Under the pieces are notes generated by a model that saw nothing but the letters and a program-made list of their open reading frames with translations, made no database searches and was not told where the DNA came from. 63,565 nucleotides of DNA, taken from positions 161,370,132 through 161,433,696 of the forward strand of contig NC_068982.1 of assembly GCF_001194135.2 (NCBI RefSeq). The letters run 5' to 3'. Each line of letters opens with the position of its first letter. Position 1 is the stretch's first letter. Positions 34,061-47,020 of the stretch are shown here, piece by piece. The DNA is from Octopus bimaculoides. Taxonomy: Eukaryota. The position numbers and the translations under genes were made by a program.

Positions 34061-37000
34061 CCCTTATTGGCATGCAATGGCTATAGTTATTTGGCACTAG
34101 ATCTGGTAAACGGTATTTCAGCCATTACCATAACTTTTTTTTTTTTTTTTTTTTTTTGTAAACTAAAACTGATTAGGTATTTTTGGAGGAAATTTGGCTG
34201 CTTCTTTTAGATAATCCTTCATTGTGCTATAGTTGTTATTGTTTAACCTCAGCCAGTTAGAGCACTTATGAGTAAAGGTGTTCCTGAAGTGACCCTATCT
34301 ATTTTCAAAGATAAATATATCTAATACTAGCCATTATGCTCATACTTTAGGACCATATGGTGTGATTTGAAGTAAATGTAGCTGTTATTCCTAGTAGGTC
34401 AATCATTCTTATAGTGACCTCATTATGACTTGCTTAATTCCATTTCAGCCTTGATACAGTTCACTATGATCAAATGACTTCCTTATATAACCATGCTTTT
34501 ATTCAGACATGTATCTTCATTATTAGTGTTCTTCATTATTAAATACATTAGTGTGGGATGCAAGGGTTATTTGGCTGTTGTTTCTTACAGGTCGATATCA
34601 ACAGTGTAATGGCTTCCTGGTTAGCTTGTGTGTGTATATTTTGTTCTATGGCTATTATATCTGATAGTATATAACACTGAAAGTGTTCTGATATATATGA
34701 TTGTGAAACAACCTTATATAAACAGTGTGTGTTAAAGACATAAAAGAAAAAAGAAAAACAATAATGCAGTGTGTAAAACAGTCTACTTTCAGCCAGACAT
34801 TTGCCATTGGATAGAAGTGGTTGAGCTTCTCTGCTGTCAGTGCAGCAAAGGTGTAGCAGGATATAGCTATCATATAAATATATTCTATGACAGTCTTGTA
34901 TTCTAATCCCATCATACACAGCAACAAAAAATGTAGGCTATATTAATTCCTAGATTTTTTTTTTATGCGTACATTTGTGTGCAAGAACATGTTTTTATGG
35001 TTATGTAATTTTACACTTAGTATCTCATTTTTAATGATTGTTGAAGTTAGCTACTTAACCAATATCAAAAATTTCTCAGACATTTTAATATCATCTGCTT
35101 TATGAGAAATTTAGTAGTTTTTGTCCTGTGTCTAGAGACACACATTGTTTGTAGAAGCTTTAGTGTTTGATGCTTCTGTTACAATTTCTTTCGTCATTTA
35201 ACATCCATGTTCCACACTGGCATGGGTTGGACAGTTTGACAGTACCCAATGGGTACAAGGACTGCCTCATACTTTNNNNNNNNNNTAGGCAAGTATACTT
35301 TTGAAATGGAAATAAACAGTTATATACTGATGTAATAATATATATTTATGTTATAAATAGTATATGTACAAATTCCTAAAGTAATATTTTCTAGTCCATA
35401 TTTAATAATCTAAAGTATTTGTAAGTTGACTTCTTTTCTGTTTTTGTAATACAACTTTGGGAAGCACCCCCACTTCCACCCTTCCTCATAGTTTTGCAAT
35501 CTGATACTGAAAAACATTCTCTAAAGTATTTTTCTAATGCTCTTCCTTCTACTTCCACATACAGCTTTCATGCACATACAACAATAACCTTCCCACCACT
35601 ACCAGTTATAAATATACACATTACTAAAGGTATGATGACAATAACTTCATACAATAATAAAGTGTTAAGTAGTCTGTCAAGCTAAAATTATAATATTCAT
35701 AGTTATCCCACTTCTGTATTGTTTTACAATTTACAAGAAGTATCTACAATTTATCTATATAATTATTCCCTGTGAGATCCTGCAAGTCTGTACTTGTGAA
35801 GATATTTCTGATTTTTTATTGATTTTTCAGAAATGTATATTACAAGAAAGTATTTATCAAACTGTAGTTAATATGTCATAGTTTAGCATATAAACTTTTC
35901 TTGATTGAGAATTGAATAAAAACTCTTTTCCTTCTCTGCAAATCTCACTCATAATATGTGTATTTTATCAGTGTAAATAGCAATTTGATAAACAGATTGA
36001 TAAAATAAGTACTCAGATGGCTTATAACAGACCAAAAACCCTTAAAGGCAGATATCAAGCATGGTAATAGTCCTATGACTGCAACTAGTAAAAGAATATA
36101 TGTCCATATATTTTAAGAACATAACACCAAAGTTGATTATAGAAATGGTATCATTCTTAAACGACAGTTAATGATAATAATTACAATAATGATGTAGTAA
36201 TTAATTTATCTGAATATTGAGAGTTAAAACTTTGAAGTATAAACTGTATGGTCCTGAGGATGGGAATTAGCTGTCATTAGCGCATTGGATAGAAGCCCTT
36301 TTGATGTTCTGATCCAGGGTGATGTATTGGCAGAACTTTTAGAGCATTGGACAGGATGCCTTGAATCTGTTTCAGGTCTTTGCATCCAGGGTTCAAATTC
36401 CATCTCCTGTCACTAGCCTCCTTGTGATGGGAAACAAGTCTTTTAGAACCCAGCTAACAATAATAGTCTTCCAAAGTCAAACACTGATGTGCTGATTGGA
36501 GCAACCTCTTTGTCACATTAATAAAAAGTGAACAGTGTACAGTGTGGCAACACATTAGGTGGATATATAAAAAGAAAAACACTATGGAACTACTTTCTAT
36601 AAATATTCTGTAGAGGACATAGTTTCTATTTGTACATATCGAATGATAATTAGATTAGGTTAGCAGATGAAGAGGCTAAGGTGGGATGACTGTCTAGCAA
36701 TGTTGGTAATTTTATATTTGATAAGTAACCTCAAGTGTTTGTGACACTGAAAGCTATAAATAACTAAATAGGTAAGAAAGATTTTCAATGGGAAACAGTA
36801 ACTGATTATTAGAAAAGCCTCACATATAATTCATTTCTTTAATAGGTACTTATATAATCTGTCATAGTTACTGTGAATTAATTATATTACGATTTTAAAA
36901 AATGTCAGAAACTGGTAAACGTTTTACTATTAAAATGCAATTGTAAATATTCAGTGTCTTACTGTAAAATATTTAAGTCACAAAGAATGATTGGTTTCCT

Positions 37001-39060
37001 GATCTTGAGAAATAAATAGGTAACAACTTTTTCTCATTAAAAACCTCTGCTCAGTATTATAAGGGTTTTTCATGTTACTCTTTTTTTCTATCTATCTTCC
37101 CAACAGTTTCAAATCTTATGTAAAATGCGAATTTATTGAAAGAAATGGATGAAAGAGACTTCAATTATATTTTAATTTCTGTCAAGCCACTAGTGCATCC
37201 AAATATTTCCTATATTCTGATAAGTAAAGTGGCCAATGTTTTATTAATTTGCTTTCATGTTCCCTATAAAGGTATAGTTTAATTTTTTTAGTATACTTTG
37301 TCAGTAAGAAATAGTCTTTTGAAATAAAAAAGTAGTTCAGTAATTAATACTTGAAAAGAATCATCCTTAATCAGTCAATCTGTTAGATTAATTGATTCAG
37401 TGAAGTAGGCTGCAGCATGGACAGAAAAGACCTAGCAAAGGCTGCTTCCGAAAGGATAATCTTCAAGGACAAAACTTCATTTCTAATTAATTACTGACTG
37501 CCAGGTGGTGCTATTAAGTTAGACATGGCCTGGGCCAATACTGGTTGAAACCTATCAAAGTATCTTAAAACGATCGTGACTTACACTACAATAGTGTTTA
37601 CATATAAAGGATTATCCTGATGTTATGCACAAAATTATTATAGACCACTTTCGAAAGCAGTTCACCCAACTGATTGACAAAGACTCACAAATGAATACAC
37701 TATAACACTAGGTTTTCTACCACTCCTCATTCCCTTGCAGTTCACACACCCTTTTCTCTCCTCGTCATGACTGTTGCTCACCAAATCTAGTATTAAAATT
37801 TTTATGTTCAATTCTTCTTCCTCAAAGCAACAGCCTTCTAGAACTCCTGCTCTACTTACAGCTCTTCTACAGGCAGTTGAAACTGATTGTCAACTACAAG
37901 GAAACCTTTATAGCAATATCAAGAGTGGGGACCATGTTGTCCACTGGTGAAGTTTCACCCATTGTCAAATTTGAAACCAATTGCTGATCTTCCCTTAAAA
38001 CCCATATGAATGAAAGTCTAAACATTACGACAAAACAGTAATGGTACATATCTGTATCTTTCATTGTAGAGAACCCCCACCCAACCACCTGCCACTCTAA
38101 TTTCTGATGCGCTTGCAATGTACTCCTGGTACAAAATGGTAGCCAAAGCTGTTAAAAATAACTGCCAAATGTCTTTCAAATCACATCCTACCTTGTTAAA
38201 CAAAAAAAGACTACATTGATACATATAGTTTTAGCAACATTATCACCAAAAAAAAAAATAACTGGCTTGCTTTGATCAGGTCTGACTGTGGTTGAACAAC
38301 AATCTAGGAGAGTTTAAAAGATCCTGGCTGCTGTCCTTCCTCCTCCCCTTTCCACTCAATTAGATGTCTGTCATGGTGAATATTGGTTGGTGTCAATCTA
38401 CAGCGTAAAGTACAGTTCCTTGACTGGTGACATAAATGTTTCAACCAAAGTATGTTGGGTATGTTATGTGAAGAATTTTAATTAAAACAAGACAGTTTGA
38501 TGACAGTTAGCTATGGACAAATTAAAAATGCCTTTTATTTTTCAGTTAAAACTAGAGATCATGTTGATTGATTAACACTGCAGCAGTTGCTTTAGGAAAG
38601 TTCTGTTGAGAACTTAATGAAAAAAACAAAATCAGTAATTTCAAAGCTTTGTCTTTCTGACAATGGGACTCTTTTAAGGTTTGTCATTCAAGAATTTGAT
38701 CTTAAAGGACTAGCTGGTGGAAATACTTTTCCATGTTGAGCCAAGAGCATGTTCTGTGTGGTTGTTTGACCTTCTAGAAATAGCAATCAAATCTTTTTCA
38801 GATCACATCCTACCATATTAAAAAGAAAAAGACAAACTGGATAATGTTGTCTGAGATAAACTATATCCAAAAAGACAGAATGGTCATGCATAGAATGCTC
38901 TATTAAGCAACCATTGTGATTGCTAAATGGTGTGGGGTTATTTCTTGTTTCGAAAAAATGTAACTATCAGACCAAATTCAGTTGTTACCTTTTTGATAAA
39001 GTTTTCCGTTAGACTTTCATTTTGGCATTTATTAGCTTTTTTTTTTTTTTTCTTTTAAAG

Positions 39061-39115
39061 GATGGGAGAGTGTTGTTTTGGGATACAAGAAAATCTCGTC
39101 CAGCCGCTATCATTG
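39061..39115 (+). CDS. WDR77: WDR77/MEP50 exon: DGRVLFWDTRKSRPAAII
   Basis: Poly-T tract then aaAG ending at 39060; GTAAGT donor at 39116; 55 nt. Matches MEP50 DNRILLWDTRCPKPAS (recalled human sequence). Confidence 0.92.
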
Positions 39116-39933
39116 GTAAGTAAAACTTGTAAAGAATTTAACAACATTCTTGTGACCTATTTGAATTTTTTATTTTATTTTATTCCTTTCACATTATTTT
39201 GAAATGTTAGAAAACTAGAATTATCATAAAACTTCATGAATTATATTATTTTTCAATATTTTTTTTTCTGCACCTTAAAAATCAAGATTAAGATTAAGGT
39301 TGAGTATATTACATGGTAATATAAAGTTTTTGAGACAATTTAGATGCCAAAATCAAGACATGTATTAAACATAGTTATTGTAACAGTTGTTCAAGCTCTC
39401 AATATCTAGGATAACATTCAGTTTACTGGTGTTTTATCAACTCTGGGAGGAGTAGGAGATAAAATGAATTTAAAAAATTGTTTCGTTCCATATAACATTA
39501 CACAATCTATGCAGAGGATATGAATGCAAATATTCCATCAACTAGAAGATTCAGTACATCATCCACTTATCCATATATCATCACTGTTTAACTTATGAAT
39601 TGCTTGGCTACTGCCTGCACATTTTCATTCTGTGTTTAGTTTTTGAAAATTTGCTTTTCTTTCTTATTCATTCAACTGTATTATTGTATTTTAGTTTTCA
39701 GTTCCTTGATTTCAGTAAACCTGACACTTTATTTGTAATTTCTCAAAATAGTTCTAAAATCCATCAACACAGTTGCTTGTTTTTTGTTTTCTTAAGTACA
39801 ATTTGAGTTTTTTCTGATAAGTAACATTTGAAAACTATATACCTATCTGAATGTATGGTATAAACATTCTGAATATTTTTAGTTTGGTTATATTCTGCAT
39901 CAGTAATGAATAAAACACACACGCAATCACTCT

Positions 39934-39935
<2 letters not shown>

Positions 39936-39977
<42 letters not shown>
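39936..39977. repeat. (TA)n microsatellite (another at about 15712-15740)
   Basis: Read directly. Confidence 0.9.
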
Positions 39978-39981
<4 letters not shown>

Positions 39982-40167
39982 TTCTAATATGTATGCATTG
40001 TTCAAGACAGCTGACATTTCTCACTTGCAGTATCTGGTATTAAATGAAAATAAAAGAATTTATGTTCCAGTAAAGTGAGGTTAAAATTAAAGTTGTGGAG
40101 AAGGATTGAAAGACACGAGAAAGGTAGAATCCAAAGACCCAATCTTCAGTGACCTGATGAGGCAAAT

Positions 40168-40945
40168 GATAATTTTTAATTTAGGCACAAGGCCAGGAGT
40201 GGATGCAAATCAGTCACATCAACCTTAGTAATTGGCTGGTAATTTTTATTGACATTGGCAGAATTTGAACTCAGAGTGTGAAATGCAAAGCATTTCTTTC
40301 AACACTCTAACAATTCTGCCAACTCACTACCCTAATAACAATGCTAATAATAATAGTAATAAAACAATAATTATTTTTAATTCTATCTCAAGGTCAGCTA
40401 TCCTAATAGGAAGTAGAGTAAGTCGATTACACTGACCTCAATACTCAACTAATTTTTATCAACCCACAAAAGGATGAAAAGCAAGACAGACCTTGTTGAA
40501 ATTAGAACTCAGAATGTAAAGAGCAGGAAGAAATGCTGCTAAGCATTTTGTCTGCACTAACGATTCTGCCAGTTCATCACCTTGAGTAGTAATAATGATA
40601 GTAATTGTTTCAAATTTTTGGCACAGGGCCATCAGTTTTAGGAAGGGGTTTTATTTTATCAACTTGAAAAGGATGAAAGGCAAAGCTGACCTCAGTGGAA
40701 TTTGAACACAGAGCAATAGAGAGATGGAAGAAATGCTGCTTAGCATTTGGTTCAATGGGCTAACATTTCAGCCAGCTTGCTGCCTTAAAAAAATATTAAA
40801 ATAATTTCTAATTTAAGCTCAAACCCAAATATTCTGTTGGATGGATTGTGTTTGACTGAAGTACTGCTCCAGTTCTTAGCTGATAATTTATCAATACAGA
40901 AGAATGAAATATAAATTTTCAAATGGATATAAACTCAGAACATAA
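40168..40945 (-). mobile_element. Four head-to-tail (ATT)n-tailed SINE copies
   Basis: Copies at about 40168-40331, 40365-40581, 40590-40784 and 40800-40945 (last one decayed). Each has GAACTCAGA/GAACACAGA (B-box reverse complement); AAT-rich spacers separate them. Confidence 0.7.
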
Positions 40946-41224
40946 AAGGAATCTACATCGTTACCCACCTTACTGGAAATAGTAATCAGATCACTTTAAA
41001 AAAGTACACACATCAGATAATGTCTTTTATTATTCACTAAGTGGTTATGGCTGAAATACTAGTTTGATTATGTTACTTACAAACCTGAAATGTGTGTTGG
41101 GGAAGGAGGTTTAATGCTGCTTTCTTTCCTTATATATGCCCACATGAATTATCACAATGTGCTTTACACATACATGCAAGCATGCATGCAAACACACACC
41201 TTTTTACATCTGCTTCTATACTGG

Positions 41225-41325
41225 CTCAAAGGACTTGCTCTCTTCCATTTTTGATAGTTTCTATGGCTGGATGCCCTTCAAAACTCTAACCACTTTACAG
41301 AGTGTACTGGATACATTTTATGACA
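41225..41325 (-). mobile_element. RTE-type tail remnant
   Basis: TTTCTATGGCTGGATGCCCTTC ... AACCACTTTACAGAGTGTACTGG. Confidence 0.6.
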
Positions 41326-42999
41326 AAACTTGGCCCTTGCATGACTGAAGAGTTTGTTCTAATTTTTGTAAGACAAATTTGACAAAGTATTAATAGAAAA
41401 GGAGTGATGGAGTATGAAAAAGGAGATTGTATTAGTTTGTGGCATGGAAAACAGTTATAGGTTTTTAGATTAGGAAGTGATGGAGTAGAGTCAATAATAG
41501 TTTGTTCATAGTTTGTCAGTGGCTGAATAGAAAACAGCATGGGCAACAAGATAGAAAAGCAATAAAGATGTGTTACAGCAAGAGACTAAATGATGGCTAC
41601 CAACAGATATAGTGATGGTAAGAATGGTAGATATCAACTAACAGCCCATGGAAGAAAATGATGGTTGGTGGTACAGGATGATGTTAGGGGTAATGAGTAT
41701 ATCATCAACCTTTACAATTCTTTGTTCTCTTCATGAGGTGAGTCACTAACACATTATCCAATGTCTTCCTAGCTCTCTTTTTTTTTTTCCTACTTAGCAC
41801 TACTTAATGTGACTGTTAGCCTCTGTACATATCGCATTATCTGTACCAAAAGTCTGCTCTCTTGTTCCCTACTCTTATTCTTCTTATATTCAACTTTTCT
41901 CTCAGCTCATTTGTGCTTTATTGTTCAGGCATGCTCACATTACACATTCAGTGGGGTTTGCTTCATTCAGTTCTTTCTAGTGATTACAAATCTTCTGTTT
42001 TCAAAGCCCATGTATGATATGCAGTGCACTTTTTACCTAAGCATCATATAATCTACCATTCAGCCTGAGAGAAACACACAATCTACAGTTTCGATTTACC
42101 AAATTCACTTAAGGCTTTGATCTGTATGATAGTAAATGAGTCTTGCCCAAGTATTCTACAGTGAGATTGAACCTGAAAGCCACATGGTCAGGAAATGCAC
42201 TGCTTATAGCCGTCTCTCTCTCCACGTCATATAAAATATTGACTTTTTAGTATATTTAATTTTTCTACAGCAGACAAAAAGGAATAATTTCTACATGATC
42301 ACATGGTTAATTTTTATTATAGTGGATTAAATGACTCTAATATATTACTGGTGCTTATTTAATAAAATCCAGCAAATAAAAGAATAAAACATTAAGAACT
42401 ACAAAATAAAAATGTTTTAATAGAAATGTCCTCAACTTCAAGTATTTTCTTTGTCTTGTGTCAACTGGTGCAAAGGATATTGGAGATGAATATTTTAGAT
42501 GCTATATTAATAAAATTATTTTAAAGGCAATTGTAGTTTATTATTATTATTTTTTTTTTTATACAATTGGAGAGGTTGTGCTCTCTGAATAGTTTTGAGG
42601 TGAGTGTAGTGTGTGGAATGGTACTTGAGTTGAGTTTAGTTTTTACAGAATCATAAATCCCTTTCTCTCAAGATACTAAAATTTGGTTAGACTCCTTTTC
42701 TTTACATGTTTTTTTTTTTTTTTCTCCTTTGTGGGGGGTGGTTCTGTATTTTCTGGAAAAGGCTTTGAAGTGTAATTTGCCAGTTTTAAAGAAATATTAA
42801 AGCAGCAGCGAGTAAGAAATGGACAAGAAAGAAACTATCCTACATTTAGTTACAGTCTTTCTATATTCCTTGCTATATTTAGCTATATTCCTTCACATTT
42901 AAAGTTTAGATCAGACGTTGGGACTCACAGAGGGGATGACAAGGGACCAAGACTCCTGGCAGTTTGCTGTACTTGAAAAGACATGTGAAGCTAAGTAAA

Positions 43000-43238
43000 A
43001 GTGTGGTTGCCTTTGCAGGCTCACAAGTACTGGTGCTATGTAAAAAAGCACCCATACCAATGCTGCATAAAAGCATTCAGTACACTCTGTAAAGTGGTTG
43101 GCATTAGGAAGGGCATTCAGCCATAGAAACTATGCCAAAACAGATGTGGAGCCTGAACAGCCCTTCAGCTGGTCAGCTCCTGTCAAACCATCCAACCCAT
43201 GCCAGCATGGAAAACAGACATTAAATGATGATGATGAT
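43000..43238 (+). mobile_element. RTE-type tail fragment
   Basis: TACACTCTGTAAAGTGGTTGGCATTAGGAAGGGC ... CCAACCCATGCCAGCATGGAAAACAGACATTAAAT(GAT)n. Confidence 0.78.
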
Positions 43239-46200
43239 CCTCTCCTTCAGTTTTGCTTTTTACTGTTTTAGAACTGATGAGGACCAATGGTGTAGTGAGT
43301 CAGCTTTATGCAAATATGTGACCTTGTATCAGTGTGAAAAACCATCATCATTATTATAGAGATTTAAGAGAGGATATGACTAACAATGGCCGATTAGCAA
43401 TGCTGATAGGCAAGGACAATCTCAGTATTGTTCTCTGGGGGACTTTCAGATTGGGGATTATGGACAATTTCTTAAATTCCTTGACCTAGCAGTGCTACAA
43501 GGTAATAAGTATAATGTATCATCTTTGACTGTATCATCCAACTGGCACACCTTGTTCATGATGGTTTGATGTTACATGAGGCAGATTTGGCTACTGTTTC
43601 TAGCAGGTTTAATGATGACAGAGAGGCTCCTTCAGTGTCACATTACATCTTGTTTTCAGGACTACATCATCTTGTAACAAGGACTAAGGACTACATAATC
43701 CAATGTGTTTATCTTTTTTCGTTCAAAGATGGTACAGTGATTTGAGTGGCTGCTATTTTTAGCAGGTCAAACAACCACTAGTTTACACTAATTATAAGTA
43801 TCTCCTCTCAACTGCTACAAAATATTTATTAGCAGATGTTTAAGTTTTGTCTCTCTCTCTCTCTCTCTTTTTTTTTCCTTTTTTTCTTTCTTTTTTTTTT
43901 TTTTGCCAGCTGAGAATCATCAATCCTTAATGACTTCACAAGATGTGCTCCTCATGTCGGACAAACCATTTAAAACTTGCTTTCAAGTGATCATTTTTTT
44001 TTTTTTTTAATGTAGTTCCTCAACTGAAGTCAAAGAGTACACCACTAATATACATCTCATATCTTTGCTATTCCAGTTGTTTAAGGGGGGGGGGGTATAG
44101 AGTATTTTCCTCTATTCTTCCTTTTCTCTTTCGTTCTCTTCCACCTTTTTTCCTTTCCCTGTTTTCTATCTCCTCCCCACACACATTCTCAACATCTCCC
44201 TCCCACTTTCTCTACATTACTCAGTACCTTGATCACTAAACTAATGCCAATTACATTAGTGTTTGGTCCCTTAATCTCTCTTTATATCTCATCTTGTAAT
44301 GAGAGATACCTGATTTATCTCTCACTACTTCCTTATGGTTGCAGGTGGGTAGTAAGTGTGGTGGTTTTTAGAAAGTCCTCACTTGGAGCGGATCCTAGTT
44401 CATAGTCAGACAACATGTAACTTGGCAGGCAGTCATTCTACAGCAATAATATATTTAAAATCTTACAAATGTTGGTAATCACAGTGCCACCAATAACATT
44501 GCTTATGTATGGATTGTGGGGAGCTCATAAACAGACACCTTTTGAAATTATATATACATACATACACATACTCCCTCCTCTCTCTCACTCACACACACAC
44601 ACACACCAGTTTAGTTTTCTCTTGGGAATTTTGTATATTTCAAAATGGAGTTTTCCTCATCAAAGATTTATGGCCTTGCAAAATGTTTGTGTGGGAGGAA
44701 GGCCGTTGCAATATCATGTTGCTCAGCTCTGGATTAACCTTAAATTAAGTTGAGTTATCGTCAAAAGTATTCATTTCAGCCATGACTATAATGTCTTTTT
44801 AGGAATGTCTAGGATTATATTATTCCATGTGGGGTTTTTTTGTGGTTATTTTTATTCAAGAAGGAAGTGTGCAATATGAGGGAAAGTTGATTGTTGTTTG
44901 TATTAAAAGTGGCCACTTAGTTTGTTTGTTGGATTGTCTCTTATTTTTAGAACTGTTTTCTAGATCATGCAGTGATCTGAGTGATTTTCAGCAGGTCTAG
45001 CAACCAAGTACCTTCTTCATTGGCTCATCCTAGTCTTGCTTTCAGGACTACATTATCTTGCATCTGGGCCTATGTTATCCAATTTGTCCCACTTTTTCTA
45101 GAGAGTAAGTTGATTTGAAAGAAATTTGGCTCCTCCTTTATCTTCAAAGTGTATCTATTGACAGCTATTTGTGGTTTCATGATTGTTTTCTTTTTTCGGC
45201 CAGCTGTGAACCATCAAACCATAATCATCATTATCATTTTTCATGTTGGTATGACCATCCCATAATATCTTCCTCATATTTTAAGCCAAACCATTAAAGA
45301 TTTGATACCAAGTTATGTTTCAATGTATTACTAAGGTCTCAGAGTACACTTCCTTGATAGACATCGCACATCTTCACTATTCCTCCTCTCCTTTTGTAAT
45401 ATTTCCCTCTATCTTGCCTTTCTCTTTTCTTTATGTTCTTCCTTTTTGTTAACCTTTAATCACTGAGCTTCCTTCACTGGTTCATGATTGATAACCAAAG
45501 TAGAAAACCAGACTGAGTGGTTAACTTATAGTTCAACTCTTTCATTTTTGTCAGGGTCAGTGTTACTGATTGTTCTTACTAATAAGTAACCAGTAATATA
45601 TCAAGTTTATTCTATCATCCACAAAACTTTTTATTGCTAGTGAAAAAGACAATGTTGATATTCAAAGCAAGGAGTTGTTGTAAACATAAGCACAGGTGTG
45701 GCCCTGTGGTTAAGAGGTTTGCTTTTGGGTTCAGTTCCTCAAGCAAGTGACTTCCACTTTAGCCATGAACTGACCAATATCTTGTTTGTAGATGAGTTTT
45801 TTGGTTGACAGAAATTGTGCAAAAGCCCATCATAGATACTGCATCTGTGGGGGTGTGCATGCATGGGCATCTTTTAAAAAAGTTTCTCTTACTGTTGGAT
45901 GACTAATGTCCCAGTAACTGAATGGTTTGATAGAAATAGGCCAATAAAAAAAAAAGTACTAGACTAAAAATATGAACAGGCATTAATTTGATCAACTAAC
46001 TTCTTGAAAGTGGCTATAGTCCAATGACTGAATGGAATAAGTTAAAGAATAAAAGAAAGAACTATAGATTTCAACTGTTAAATAGTATGAAATCCCACTT
46101 AAAATATTCCATTGTCTCGAGGTTAAAAAAAATATTCTATCATCTTGAGGTTGATACAATCCTTCCAGAGTATCAACCCTCTGAAATCCATCCCTGCCCA

Positions 46201-46630
46201 CATTTTGTTGCTTCCTTTTATGAGTGATATGCATATCAGAAAAGTTGCAACAGAGACAAGTTTCTCTGTGAAACTTGGTCTCTGTTTTACTCATGTTATT
46301 AATAAGTGACACAGTCATTTATTCATAGAACAAAGCTTATAAGAAAAACTGATTAAAACAGTTGAGTATTCTGCTGGTATTGTATTTGCTCCTCATTACT
46401 GTATGATGTATAAAATAATACCAGGTGTATAACGTGGATCTATTCAAATGACTCTCAACCCTACGAATTTGTGAGTGTTCCAAAGTTAAAATTCCTTAAT
46501 ATAGTTGCTATAAAGAACAGAACTGCCAGTAGCTATTCATTAGGGAGCCCCTGTCTGGTCACTTGACCTGCTATTCCCTCAAATCAAATCACACCAACAT
46601 TGCCTTTATTTATTTTTAGAAAGTATTAAA

Positions 46631-47020
46631 GGTGTAGGAGTGGCTGTGTGGTAAGTAGCTTGCTTACCAACCACATGGTTCCGGGTTCAGTCCCACTGCG
46701 TGGCACCTTGGGCAAGTGTCTTCTACTATAGCCTCGGGCCGACCAAAGCCTTGTGGGTGGATTTGGTAGATGGAAACTGAAAGAAGCCCGTCATATATAT
46801 TTATATATATGTATGTGTGCCTGTGTTTGTCTCCCCCCCCCCCAACATCGCTTGACAACTGATGCTGGTGTGTTTATGTCCCCGTAACTTAGCGGTTTGG
46901 CAAAAGTGACCAATAGAATAAGTACTAGGCTTACAAAGAATAAGTCTTGAGGTCGATTTGCTCGACTAAAGGCAGTGCTCCAGAATGACTACAGTCAAAT
47001 AGCTGAAACAAGTAAGAGTA
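46631..47020 (+). mobile_element. Full-length tRNA-derived SINE with CORE-like segment (octopus OR-type, by recollection)
   Basis: Head with A box GTGGCTGTGTGGTAAG and B box GGGTTCAGTCCC; CORE-like CACCTTGGGCAAGTG; internal (TA)n(TG)n; tail CTGAAACAAGTAAGAGTA. Near-identical to the copies at 58328 and 63358. Confidence 0.85.

Noticed and set aside
37400-38250. Less AT-rich stretch that might be coding or LINE-derived
   Set aside because: No recognisable motifs or splice-compatible frame by manual translation.
40151-40170. CTGATGAG motifs (also about 43256 and CTGATGAAG at about 52089) as hammerhead ribozyme cores
   Set aside because: No properly placed GAAA with a convincing stem II and closing stems could be found.
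46631-46705. SINE heads as functional tRNA genes
   Set aside because: They have A and B boxes but continue into SINE bodies and do not close a cloverleaf.
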